Position numbers and translations under genes: made by a program. The notes beneath the pieces are model-generated. The model saw only the letters and a program-made list of their open reading frames with translations. It ran no database searches and was not told the DNA's origin. DNA of 64,000 nucleotides from Sphagnum compactum (Eukaryota), in NCBI GenBank assembly GCA_965153455.1, contig OZ234493.1, positions 1,116,001 to 1,180,000 on the forward strand, read 5' to 3'. Positions 38,101-51,388 of the stretch are shown here, piece by piece (position 1 is the stretch's first letter; every line of letters begins with the position of its first letter).

Positions 38101-41100
38101 AGAAATTTTCTTGATACTGTTGTGGTCAAATATGTTCTGTTGGTACTGTTTAACCAGGGTGTTGAATATGTCTCCTGAAGAAATGAACTTGCAGTTCTTC
38201 ATCTATTATAGAATGTCATTTTATCCAAGTTACACGTAGTTATATAGCCAAGTTTAGCATACAGTCTTATGGAGTTGATTTGAAAAGGAGCACTTTTTAG
38301 TATCACTTTTATGGTGTCACCTGCTGGCTGCATTTAGTTTTGCTTTTTCTGGTCAAGGCCCATTACTAAGCATGTCTTCCAAACTTTACCAGTGAGCCTA
38401 AGATTCCATTGACTAATTAGTGTACTACTTTCAAATATTGCATGGTTGCTGTATCAAAGCTGGGTGTAGAATATGTAGCTCTTTCATTGAGGATATAATG
38501 TTGATCACATTAATTTGACCTAACTCTTTGGATCTAGCTTACCTTTTTCAAAAGAAGTTTGTGAGTGATCCATGTGGGGATCTTAATGTTTTGAAAGACT
38601 TGATGTCTCAGTGTTTTGATTATGACACTTTCCTCGAAATTAATGAGAGGAGACCAGCATGGAGGTGCCCATGCTGCAATTGTTGTATAACATGGCTGGA
38701 TCTCAGGGTAGACCGACAAATGGAGAAGGTATGTATTACACTCAGGGCTTCTCTGATGGCATTTGAAACTAATGATGTGTCGAATCAGAAAGTATTGGAA
38801 CTTGCTTGATTTATTAAATTCAGCATGGTTCCTTTTGACTAGTGATTTCAAATGGATTATGTGTTGCAACAGCCATTGCCTGGTTTTTCATTACAATCAC
38901 AGAAGCAGAGGTTAGTTGGGAGCTATATAGGTCCAGATGGCAATCCCAACTAATTGGAAGACTTGGGGATAGCATGACTCTGGGATCTGAGCAGAGACAT
39001 GTGTTAAGAACTTTTCTCTTAAAAGTCCATGGCAATAAGTTGTTCTTACATTTATATGTGCAGGTTCTGAAGGAAGCAGATGAAACAGTTGCAGAAGTCT
39101 TGATGATGCAAGATGGGTCATGGAAGTGTGTGGTGCTGTGTGAGGATAAGTGCATGAATGGAATTGATGGAGCCATCAATGACTTGTCTGAAGTTGGCAA
39201 AGAGTGCGTGAATGATGAAGAAGCCTCAGTTATCAACTTATGTTGTGACAGTGACTTTGAGGAAGAGCTTAGGGCAGAAGCAATGAATTGTGCAGATGCT
39301 GAACCACCAGACAGAAAGCCTAGTAGTCAGGTTTTGCAAGTGCTCATAGGAGACTGCAATCAAAGTCGTGGAGCTACTCCAGCTGCACAAGAAGGGCTAA
39401 GGATGGATGGCAGTCTCTTGAGGCCATCATCAGGGCCCTCAACTGTCAGTAATTTTCGTGACATCTCTGCAACTGGCATGCAAGGTTCTACAGGATCTCC
39501 TGGGCCTTTGCGGTCAGTACCTATTACAAGTGGGCTTTCAGGTTGCATAAGACCTATTTTGTCTGAAAGACAAGGCTATAGCCAACCAGGTCTTCAGCCA
39601 CCAGCCATAGTACAAGCCCTACCTGCTCTACATAGTCAATCTTATTACGCAAACCTGGGCTCACATGGGAGTCCTGGTACCCACCTGGGCAGTACTGGGG
39701 CACATGTAAACAGCTTGGCCTCAAGTAGTGGGCACACAGCATCCTTGCAGCTGCCTCAGTCTCTGATGGTTTCGGACATGGATACATCACCAAGGGAAGC
39801 TACTGGTGCAGTGAGTATATCTATGTACCCAGCTGGGCATTCTACCTATCTGCTTCCTTTTTCTGTTTTTATTGATGCTTGTGGCTTATTCATGCCCCAC
39901 CTTCAGTGCACTGTAGTGTGATACACAAGAGCGGTGGCTGATGTTGTCCGGGGCACTTCAGTGATGTTCTAACAATGTAGGTCACTGCCTAGTACATGAG
40001 CACCAAGTATGCTGCATCTTTGTAGTGTCATCAGTCACTCTATGTACAGTTTGAAGCCTAGAAGCCTTCCTCATTTGCAGCCTAACCTTTTGATAGCATT
40101 CAATTAAGTCTCGTTCTACGGTTCCAGACTCAGTTTTCAGGGTTGTTTTATATCACATGTCTTTTTCCAGTCTGCACCAGCCTGACATCGAGATAAGTAT
40201 GGGAACTTTAGATATTCATGTAATCAGGCAATTCATTGACAATGCACATCTGGCAGGTTGCTTGCAAGACTGTTGAATATTATGTGTTTGTATATATTTA
40301 GAGCTAAGTCTTCACAGTTGTGAGGATTTCTACTTTCCCTTTAGTGGCCTTTCTGGGGTGTGAAAGACCAATTTACTGCTCCTCCTTAACTGTTATGCTG
40401 ATCTGTACTCTTGACAGTACTTTTCCCTTGTTTGTTAACCTTTGTTTCTTTTTCTTGTGCTGTGGGTTTCTGAGGTCATGTCACCTGTCATCTGTTCATT
40501 GATTACAAATTAATTCTGTCAGGCAAGGCAGAGATGGCGAGGCGTGCAAACACTGCAAAACCCCATAGGGCCATGGTCCTCAACTCCTCAAGGTATGGTA
40601 TTTCAAAGCATTGAGCAACATCTTCTTAATGGTAATCAGTTCTCATATGCCCAACAACAAGCAACTGCTCATCCTGGATTATAACAACTTCCAGGATTTC
40701 AAGGAGGGTTACCTGCCAGATCACCAGGTGATTCCTCAGTATTAAGTGGGCATGGATTGCCTCCAACTTGTGGAAATAACTGGAGATCTGCAGGTCGCAT
40801 GAGGGGTAGTATTGCACCTATGGGAGCTGTGCGCAACACTGGTCAATCTTCTTCTGCAATTCCCTGGGTTTCTCCAGGAGCTCCAACTACTGATTTCGTT
40901 GCTGCACCTGTCCATTCTCCTGGTGTGGGGCTTTCTTTAATATCAAATGGATTCGGTATGGGATTGACAAATGCAAGGCCAGCTTTGGTGGGAAGCTCAA
41001 CAACTGGTGAAGTACCACCAAATGGAAGTGCTTCGGCAGGGACACCAGACTCTGAGTTGAGGCCATTTGTGGTCATGGGAGTGAATAGTCTAGATGGGTG

Positions 41101-41149
41101 GATGAGCTTTGCCAACTCCAACCTTGGTACAGATCCTGGTGGGCATTGA
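32177..41149 (+). CDS. PIAL: PIAL-type (PIAS-like) SUMO ligase with SP-RING/MIZ zinc finger, ~810 aa. Exons 32177-32337, 32598-32670, 33110-33175, 34054-34119, 34326-34456, 34704-34755, 35569-35631, 35930-35997, 36278-36329, 36470-36554, 36824-36998, 37582-37633, 38612-38728, 39064-39810, 40523-40592, 40695-41149
   Basis: SP-RING: EGASRVSLRCPVSHQRLVTPVKAATCRHLQCFDYDTFLEINERRPAWRCPCC. PIAL-like motifs: SACLITPPQVNFLVNGKEVDRR, GPQLPTDVT, SIM-like VINLCCDSD, C-terminal GRMRGS. No SAP or PHD domain is seen, so it is not SIZ1. The last intron is uncertain (see findings). Confidence 0.9.
37692..38041 (+). mobile_element. Structured intronic retro-element, diverged copy D, PIAL intron 12
   Basis: Collinear with copy C (AGCTTGTTG.AGCTTGAAT.AGGATACTGTT; CACTGTTGGGAGCTGATGAA.TCAGTGGG.AGTCATGGC; CTCAT.AGGTTATGA), with internal deletions. 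Confidence 0.8.
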
Positions 41150-42731
41150 AAGAAAAATTACAAACTGGCTGTCCCAGATTGTCAGCAGCACCAGTCAACA
41201 ACAAGGCAGCTTCTCGGTATCCCACTAGAGTTGACCTTCAGATCACATCAGGAGGCTGTGCCCGTGATCAAAAAAATTCCATGCCTGACCAAGTCCTCTT
41301 CTACTCAGGTTTGTGGCATTGTTTCCTTCCCAATATGTATGACAATTCTACGTTCTCAAGGTTAGTCCAAAGGACAACCCTTAAATTATTGATGTAGTCT
41401 CATTTGACAGACACGTTACACAATCCTAATCAGCTTAGCAGCGATTGAAAACATCTATTCAGATTTTAGTCTCATCTTACTGAACTTTGTATCCCATACA
41501 TTCCTGCCCCTTGCTAGGTGATGTGATCCCAAATCACAAGGTCCAAGTACCATGTTAGAGGATGCTCTTGCTCTTGGTGTCGTTAATAGCTCAAAATGCA
41601 TAGAGTGTTTCTAGCAATGAACTCCACAATGAGTTTTTAATCCCATAGCTTTTGCTTTGGGGTGGTGATGAACCTATGTGCAGTTTGAGGGAATTTCCCA
41701 ACTACATGAGGAAATCCTTAGACATGGACCTCTTGGATCCCATGGTGCCAAAAATGAGGCCTTTGTAAGGTAGGGCTATCAAGCATGCGGCAGGCAGCAG
41801 AATTGTGATGAGTGGGAGGAGTTATAAGCACATGGAAGTGGCATAGTTGTTGTCCATTATTGCTGGGAGCTTTTATTGGACCAACTCATTAACATAGCAC
41901 TCTTATAACGTCAGCCGATAGTACATGGCCAAAGGGGCAAGGATGTCTTTCCATGTGTTAACTTGCTAGTTGTGTGAAAAGGTTTTACCTTAAATAATCT
42001 TTCAACATTCCAAAGAAATCATCACCAAAAAAACCGGAAGTGGTGGAAAAATATGGTGTTAAGGTTTTTTCAAATCAACCTTTGTGACATGGATATATAA
42101 GCTTCCATCTCTGAAAGTTGTTTTCAACTGCCTTACAGTTGTGGGTGTGATTGAAATGCCCTAGTTTTCCTGGCTTGAATCCCATTCCTCTTCTTAATCC
42201 TCCCTTCATGATTTTGGTGGATGGATTTGTTCCTTTCAATCATAGCCAACGTAATTGATTACCATGGACTGCAAACATAATACAAAGGCTTCTTAAAACA
42301 ATGCAAGTCAATTCATGATTGATGGTAGGTAGCACATTCCAACTAAACATGCAAATTGTATTGTTGTTAGACTTTTGCATTGAAAACAACATTTACATGC
42401 ATACTTCGCTCTCATAGTAATTGGGGGAAAAACAAATTCCATTCATTAAATGGATGTGAAAACAACATTTCTTAGTGGAGAATTTGGAGAGACAATTACA
42501 TGGATCAAGGATTCATGCAATGTGTTGTGATCCTAGCTTAGTCTCACAACCAAGGGATTGGGTTAATGTAGGCATCAAGCTTAAAAACACACCAAAGGTT
42601 TGGAAAATAGTGGAGTGAAGAAAAGGTTCACCTAAACACTTTGGATGATTGCATAAAGGTGTGTCAATCATGGAAAAAGACCCCCGATACATCATCACAA
42701 TGGGCAATTCCTCATGACAAAAATATAACCT

Positions 42732-42762
<31 letters not shown>

Positions 42763-43723
42763 AAGAAAAGAAATAAAAAGAAAAGAAGTCAAATTGCAAT
42801 GTCCTTTGTGCATTGTAGAGATTTTGAACAAAAGCTTCGATTCAAAAATGTCACATGTCCCATGCATATAAACATGAGTATTGACATGGGATGGGTCTCA
42901 ACTTTCAATTTCATAAACACCCAAGTCATTGAACCTTACCTTACACAAAGAATTGGATGAAGTTTTGTTTATTAAAAAGATGGGAAATAAAGGTAACAAT
43001 TTACAAACAATAAGGACTTCAAGGAAAAATATATTGAAGTGAGATATAGATATATGAAACTATTGTTCATTAAGCATTTAATGGTCTAAATTTAGACCCT
43101 TTAAGGAATGGATTACATGTTTACACTTGTGACTCTAGTTAACTAAACATTTTCATAAATGTAATTTGTTCGAGATTTTTCATATAGGGTAATTATAATT
43201 GCTTTACAAACTTTGTATGAAACTTTCATTCTTCATTAATTTTGCAACTTTCATTCTTCATAAATTAATTGCTTGAGTTTAACTTGTAGTAAAAAATTGA
43301 ATAATTTTTAGAATTAGGGTGCAATAGCATTTTTTTAAGTTGTTTGATTAATATTAGGTACTAGTGTCAAATTACCAATGCCAAGTGCTCATATTACAAT
43401 ATTGTCCAATATTGTTGGAATTATAACATGAACCATTAGTGAATCTCTCTATTGTTGTAAACGAGAATGTACAAACAATTTTAATACAATATATGTACAT
43501 CAAAGGTGAAACCAAAGTTAATGTAGGGTTTTTAGAACTAATTTAGTGGCCACAAGAATGTGAAGGCAATTTTGATAATGCATAATGGAAAGATTTCATG
43601 GTACACGTTTGTAAAATGTTAGAATTCATCAATACTACAAAATTGGGTAGTTAGAAAATGACCACCTTCAAATTGGAGGCAAGAGCCCTATATGGTGAAT
43701 AATCCTTATCAAATGAACATTGC

Positions 43724-43761
<38 letters not shown>

Positions 43762-44391
43762 ATTAGGAAAAAATTAATACATAATTATGTGCAAAAGAAT
43801 AAGTAGATTTTACATTATAAAAACCAACCACTACCATGTATAAATATGTATTGTGTTAATCTGCATGACATCATATTTTAAACACAATGTAAGGAAAAAT
43901 ATGCAATTATTAAAAGATGATCATAGGTTTATTTTTTTTGTGTTATTGGCACAACCCAAGGAAATCAAAATTCATGGGTTTGATATTTCAACAATTTGTG
44001 ATATGGCAATTATGTGATGGATGAAACTTTAAAAAGGAGCTTGATTAATGTTATTTTGACAATATCTATATAGAGGTATTCCTGAAGGCTAGTTGTGGGC
44101 AACAAAAAATTTGTTGAAAAAGGAATTAAATTTGGACAATAAATCAACATATTTATGCAATAATGGAAAAACAAATTGAAACACTTCTTTTTTACCACCC
44201 CCCCCCCCCCCCCCGCCCCCAACATCAATCAATCAATGAGACTATTTCCATTAAAGCCATGGTTTTGCCATACATACTCTTATCATCAACACCTTGGAAA
44301 ATTTGATCGAAACTTGGCATATTGGCAGCAATCGTATCAAGTCAAGATATACAATAAAGTTGCAACCTTGGTTGAATGACAAGTCTTGCAT

Positions 44392-47300
44392 TCAACTAGG
44401 ACTAGTCCTTTGAATTTGTTCTTCAAGCTCCAATTTTTGGAGGTAGTTCATTTTCCTCGATATGCCCTACCATCCATCAAGGAATATGACATTTCCATAA
44501 GTGTTTATTGCTTAAGCTTGGTGTCACTTCTATGTTTGGATCCAAAAACTTTTGTCATGTTATTTCATATATATGGACTTCAATTGTGATGATCATTAAT
44601 GCCTTGAAGTTAAGCTTCTATCTTGGATAGAAGAAAACAAAGAAGAACAATATTTGATAATCACAATTTACAAGATGTTTCATAAATGTGATAACAAAAG
44701 TAAGTAATAATATGGTCATCTTGTGCTAGAGTTTGTTACATTTACCATAATGAAATTCGTAATAGTTCAAATTGTAATATTAAGCTCAAAGATGGCAAGA
44801 TTACCTCAAGCAACCTAACAAGTTTCATTTCACATTCATCAAGGACCCTTTTTTCGTGTGTTTCTTTATCACTTTCCTAAAAATGTCCATGCCATGAAAA
44901 ATGTTATAAATAACATTACATGACAGAACACCAACATAACATGATTTACCTCAAGCAACCTAACAAGTTTCATTTCACATTTGTCAAGGACCCTTTTTTC
45001 ACGTGTTTCTTTATCACTTTCCTAAAAATTTCCATGCCATGAAAAATGTTATAAATAACGTTACATGACACAACACCAACATAACATTACATACTATACA
45101 ATTTTGTCGGCTTAAGCAAAGATTTTCAAACTATATGAACTAAAATAATGTTGGGACACGTCCACTATGCAACACAAATCTCAAATATACTTTGTTCCTT
45201 TTTATTGCATGCATTGGAAAGTGTTTTAAAAATGGTGTTAAGCATAACCGATCGTTAATCAATATGTAGGCTATTCACGCCTCTAACCAAGTTAAACATT
45301 CAACTTACCACATTTTGTGTACCTCGGTGGATTTTGTCCACCAACTTTTTGGTGCCTTCCAACAATAGTATTAATGGGTACGAATTTTCTCTGTGTTGTC
45401 GTGTTGAAATGTGTCGAACATGTTCCTTTGTTTTCTCAACAAGGCCATTGACTTCTTGTAGTCGGATTACGCTTTTCCTCTACAAAAGTTAGGAAAAAAC
45501 ACATTTTGCTCAAGAGTGCATTGAATTTTGTGTTGTAGATGTTACTTAAAATCATGTAAGTGAACTCATGATCTAAAATTCTTGTGCCAAATGTTTTTAT
45601 TCATTAAAAACCTATACATGTCACGGTTATTCATTTTTAATCCATGAATTTTACAATTCAAACTATAAAATTTGGTGCATGTGTTTACATATCGTGTGGG
45701 TTGAGCGCACATAAATGGATGATTAGTGGACAACTTACTCCCACTTCAAGGCATCCAGTAAGTTTTTTTTGTAATTCACTTTTGCATTGACAAATGTCCA
45801 AATTCATAGAAAAATCCATGGTATAATTTATTTTATTTTATTTTATTTGTAAAAAAAGAAGATAATTTGAACCAATGTTGCACAATTGCACTAAACCATT
45901 TGGCATTTGGTATTAAGATTTATAGTGCCAATTAATAATGTAATCATGTTATTAAGAGATATATGTTGTAGTGTTTTTTTCCTTTTTTCTCAAATTTATG
46001 ATGTAATGCAATTGGTGATCATCCATAAGAAGATATTGCCAATTTTGGCTATATATGAGAGTCACAAAATTTAAGCATCCTGTTTCTTCTATATTAAAAT
46101 ATATTCCATAAGCCTAGTGGTTTTTTTTTTTTTTGGGGTTTAAACTTCCATTTTTCCAAGATTTGGTGAATTTGGATCTTTTTCCATAAAAGACCTTTGT
46201 AGTCAAAATCATATATTTCTAGTAAAAAGTTGCAAAATTTTGCTAGAAAAAAAAATGGAGATGTCCTTTTTTTTGTAACTTTATCGATCAACATTAAAGA
46301 GGGATCAATGATATTAAAAACATCACATTTAAACTAGTTAGTATGATGAAGGGCCTTTTCCTTATGTTACACCACTTAGTCCAACAAAAAGAAATTTAAA
46401 AGAAAATACTATTGGTTTGATGCTTAATGCAACCGCATAACGCCCAAGTAGTCACACCAAGTTTTTGGTCGATTACCCATTTTATTAATGGTCTATGATG
46501 AATTGTTTAAGTTAAGGCAATTGGGAATTAGAATATGCACCACGATTAATCATTATTTCAAAGTGAAAGAAAAATACAAGAAAGTTTGAAGAATTATACT
46601 AAAAGTGAAATCAAATTCAACTACTAATCATATCCCAAAGCCACTTTTAAACATCTCAAAAGGATTTGATGTCAAATTGAAAGGATTTTGAATTATATTG
46701 TGTTTAAAAGGAGGTAGCCTAGTTCAAGGGAATCTTATGTTTTGTGTGCTTATGTTGTGGCAACTAGTTTACTTTCAATAGTGGGTTGAAAACATCTTGG
46801 TAATGCTTTCCCTTAGGATGTTCCCTCATCCCAAGATGATGTTTAACATAGGAAATTCCATTTTAAAGCTACTAACATGTTCATATCATCTAGGTTGCAC
46901 ATCATGACTTTCACATATTTCATTTACTTTACACAACAATGTAAGAATTTTTTTAAAAAAAAATTTGTGGGTTATTATTATATTTTTCATGTGCATGTAT
47001 CCAATTATAAGGTGGTTCAAATAGCTCAAAGTGATCTCATATAACTTTGATTCATGGGCACCATCCCATTTAATTAATGTCAAAGTTATATGAAAATAAC
47101 TTATATTTAAACACATACATGGAAATCAAACATTAAGTTCCATTGTTGAAAACTTGATACTCCAAAGACTTGGAAGTATTTATAATTTTTTTTAAACACT
47201 AAATCATACAACATTTGTTCATAGTTCACACAACATGATAAAAATAAATTAATTGATACCATGATCATTTGGAGAATTCCCATGATTATGAAGGCCTCAC

Positions 47301-50300
47301 CTTGTGAGTATTAGGTATGGGTGCTTCATTTCGGAGTTGAGACAATGTTGTTTTGAGTTCTTCACGGATCTCCTTCAAATACATTGTCTTTTTTTCTTGA
47401 AGTAAATGTTCTTGATACATCTCGCGCATACTATCCACTTCCATAACCGTTTTTATCTCTTTGATGGCTTTCCTCATATGCCTTTGTGTTTTTAAGCTTA
47501 TACCTTCCTAAAAGTTTCCATGTACATGCCCCCAAACAATAGATTATTTTACTCAAAACATGCACTCAATGTTCAACGAATGTGTGTAGCTTGTAATCTC
47601 AAAATGTTTCGAGTTGTTTAATATTGTATTTTTTTCGTATAATGTAAATTGACTTAAAATCTTACCTTTTGAAATAAAAATGTGTGAACTTGATTTGCAA
47701 GGCATTAAGTATGGATTATTTACTTCTTATTTTCAACTTTTATGTTGAGAAAGGCCTTTACAATAAAAACCCCTTTTTAAGTTGAGGCATCTTGCATGAT
47801 GTGGAGGTTTTTAAGGTTCTTGTAGATTCAAATGTTCTCTTCTTGGGTTTCCCCCCAATTCATTAATTTGATATTTTGGATTGTTACATGTCATTTGCTT
47901 ATATTTACATTCCAAACCTATTATTGCACAAATTTGAAAAGGTAGAAAGTTTAGTTATGTACTATTCTCCCTCCAGGAAATAAGCTTGCTAGGAGCTGGA
48001 TTGAAAAATACCAAACAAACACAATTTAGTACATGAATAGCAAAGATTGTTGGAATTCATGGCCATTATGCAATGGATGTGGGTTCAATTTGCCACTTGG
48101 CCATGCTAATGTTACTTATAATAGAGTTAGTTTAACTATATGGTAAGGGTGGAAATCACCATGTTGGGTACTTAAGGGGAAAAAAAACACTTTGGAAAAA
48201 ATCAAGCACCTACCCTACCCCAACTATGGTGGTTTAAAAATACTACCCACCACCAAAAGAAGGTCTAGCCACCAACCTTTTCACTAGGAGAAGAAAAATA
48301 GGTTTATGGTCTCTATTAGTAAATTACTTAGTAGATATTTTAAATTTCAATCCTAGTTCTCTATTATCCAATAAATCTAAGAAAGTTTCCAACCAAACTA
48401 TTTTTTAATGTAAATCAATTCATGCACTCAAAAATTCAATGTATTGATCAACAAATGGTAAGGTTCAATAGAGGCATTTGAATAAAAGAAAGAATTAAGT
48501 TCTATTAAATCCACATCTCTCTTAAACACATATATGTATATTCCATTTTTGAGTCATAACAAGCATGCTACAAAAAATATAGGGCAAAATGTCTGAATTT
48601 AAAGAACAAAAACAATGATTAAAAAAGGAACCATTTTGTACATTTGTTTGCTTTAGGTTTTTATTCGCATAAAAACAACATTTAATATGTGAGGATATTT
48701 GCTACAAGGCTTATGTTGAAGATGGTTCCATTATCAAATGCAAAGTGATGTACAAAACATAGTTCAAAATGTGTGTGAATTTGTGTATATTTCTTTTGAC
48801 ATCCGATTTTATGGTCTAATTGCCCATGACACAAAATTTATATATTTTCATGTATGCAAGTATTGTTGTTTATTGTCCAATTTGCTAGCTTGAAAAAAGA
48901 ATTGGCTATAAATATGATGTTTTATGAGATGTTGTTGACATCCACATTCATATGCTTAATCGTATCGAAGAACTCAAACTTGTTTAAGAATACAATAATC
49001 CAAAAACATGATTTGGTATGCATGTGTAATGTTTATGCACATGTTGCCAATTTATTTGGTCATGTGTTGATCAACTGAATTTATTGGCCTTGCCTACGAA
49101 GGCAAGGATATTGTGTTTAGATTCATTATAGAGTATAGTAGCTTAAGGGATTTTGCCCCCTAGGTAATATGTATATTTTTATACGAGGATTTTTGAAAGA
49201 TGAAATTTTGGCTTGTGTTGAAACTTGAGATTAGTTATTGAGTTATAATATCTTGAAGGAACTTGGTTTCTTTTAGAGAAGTTTTTGAAGATTATATTTT
49301 TGCATGGTGAAATATTTGAGCTTCCATAATTCTTCTTTTGCCTTAAAATCCATTTTAATGTAAATGACAAGGCCACAATGTGACACACCCCTTGTTTATT
49401 AGTGGTATCAAATCAGTAACTTACTTCTTCGAGCTCTTTTCTTGCATGATCACGGGATTTGGTCGAATCAAATTGTACCATACCTAGTTGAGTGATATGG
49501 TGGCTCTTTAAATCAATGATATTTGTTAATGTTTGAAGCTGTCATGAAATATTGCAACTCCAAATGGTTCATTATGAAATTTTCAACATAACATAATTTG
49601 TTTTTCTTAAACAAGTATGTGGATTTTATGGGTAAAGAAATTTCAAGACATGATATAATGTTTTATACTTGATATTGTGACAATTTATTGGTCTACAAAG
49701 CATGTGTTCATGATCAACCCAAATATTAAAATGTGCATGAAGGTGGAATATGGTATGATATTGTACCTGAAAGTTATAAAGAATGCGTTCTTCCCTCATG
49801 TGGACCAAAATGTTTTCAAAATGTTTTTCAAGGATTTCATCATGTTTAATTTTAATGTAAATTGCCTTTAGCTTCTCGTCCAAATATCGAATTCTTAACA
49901 AGGGTGGGGTATTGGGATCCAACAAATTTGCACACTCAATTTCACTAGACCTTGTGTTTGTAATTTGACTTTGTAGCTGGCCACACATATTTTACCCATG
50001 CATTACTATTAGGGAATTGAAACTTTTTTATGTGTGTGTGTATATATATATACTTGTATGATAGCTTTTGGGTCATGGTAAACTTACAAATTATTGACAT
50101 TGGCCAACTTAACAATTAGGGAGTCGGTGGGTAAACTAGCCATCCAAAGTGAGCAAAATTGTTGGTTTTTTCAATTAATTTGTGGGGGAAGGACAATGAT
50201 ATTCGTGGTCTATAATTACAATTTGGCATTGTTCAAATATATAACACAAAGGGTTTGCATGTGACATGTCTAATGACTACATGTTCCAAGGTTTTCCAAG

Positions 50301-50394
50301 AATGTTCCTATCAAAAGTTATTTTTAAATGAAAATTATGATTATATCATAACTATAACTATAACTATATATATATATATATATATATATAGTTG

Positions 50395-50425
<31 letters not shown>

Positions 50426-51388
50426 TTTGGTTACATAGATCTACATATCATATGTAGAATTTATTTTTCACATCAAGTTTAATATTTTAATAACAATAAA
50501 TGTGATTTAGTTTTCACATTGGCTTTTAGAATGATACCTGTAATTGTTTTCCAATGGCCTTTTTTCTTTGCTCATCAAAGTCATGATGAAGAGCCAGAGC
50601 TTGTTTTCGTATTCCCAACAAGTTACTTGCTTCTTTTCTCGCGAGTCTTTCCTTTTGTTGTAGGAGAAGAAGTGCAGAATGCAAAAGCATATTTTGAGTT
50701 CTTGCCGCTCGAATGAGATATCTATTCCTACGCAACTTGATTTGTGAAGCTTCATAATATGCCCTTCCAACAATTCCTACACATACAATGAGAGGGAACA
50801 ATTACAACTAAAACCAAATAAAAATGAACTATAAATAAATAAAATGATTTGATATTCATAGTCATCCAAGTCACCAAATATTTCAACATGTCAAAAGCTT
50901 GTATCCATGGCAAGAGATGCAATATAACATTTTGCCTTAAAATTTGTAGCTCTTCCTTTGCATTGTTATAAATTTTAATTTGACAATTTTGAAAAATTAC
51001 GATGCACATTTATGTTTGATTTATTTTGGATGTTTCTTAATGAACATTCCATTATAATACAACACCTAGTAAATTTTGAACCACATATATTACATAATTG
51101 GTATTTTGATTCCTTTAATGACCCATGAAAATCCTACATGATCTTGTTTTTTGGGGATTCTTGGGACATAATCATGTCCACAAAACTACAGTCTAAGTGC
51201 AAATTTTCAAGTCCAAAACATACCATGTTATTTATACATGTTTGTGGACTTCCAATGAATTGCAACTTAATCAAGATGATGGAAGATGTAGGAGGTGTAA
51301 ACAACAAACCAAGGTGATTGATTCTATATTCAAGCACAACAACCTTCTCCTTGAGCATATTATTTCGTCTTATCTCCGCTTCAGCCAT
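44392..51388 (-). CDS. CCDC151: CCDC151/ODAD3/ODA10-like coiled-coil flagellar protein. Exons (minus) 51388-51310, 50776-50538, 49976-49767, 49538-49425, 47507-47301, 45479-45309, 45021-44950, 44876-44805, 44466-44392 (last exon tentative)
   Basis: All listed exons have AG/GT borders and join in one open frame. Ordered blocks resemble the family as I recall it: RAYYEASQIKLRRNRYLI; RIRYLDEKLKAIYIK...ILVHMREERILYNFQL; AIKEIKTVMEVDSMREMYQEHLLQE; LLEGTKKLVDKI; VLDKCEMKLVRLLE. A middle exon may be missing from my model. Confidence 0.75.
44801..45087. repeat. 145-bp tandem duplication (x2), each unit containing a 72-nt exon of the CCDC151-like gene
   Basis: TTACCTCAAGCAACCTAACAAG...AACACCAACATAACAT at 44801 and 44946. 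Confidence 0.9.
49085..49345 (-). repeat. Dispersed repeat in an intron, paralogous to 12110-12343 plus 13000-13020
   Basis: Reverse complement aligns (GGCAAAAGAAGAATTATG, AAGTTTCAACACAAGCCAAAAT, AAGCTACTA|TACTCTATAATGAATC). Confidence 0.75.

Noticed and set aside
47665-47760. Candidate missing middle exon of the CCDC151-like gene (strong donor at ~47665)
   Set aside because: In-frame stops lie upstream and I found no convincing acceptor.
50507-51009. Alternative minus-strand frames (ORFs 50507-50773 and 50752-51009) as exons
   Set aside because: They lead to a stop in the next exon and lack family similarity. The phase-1 frame fits.
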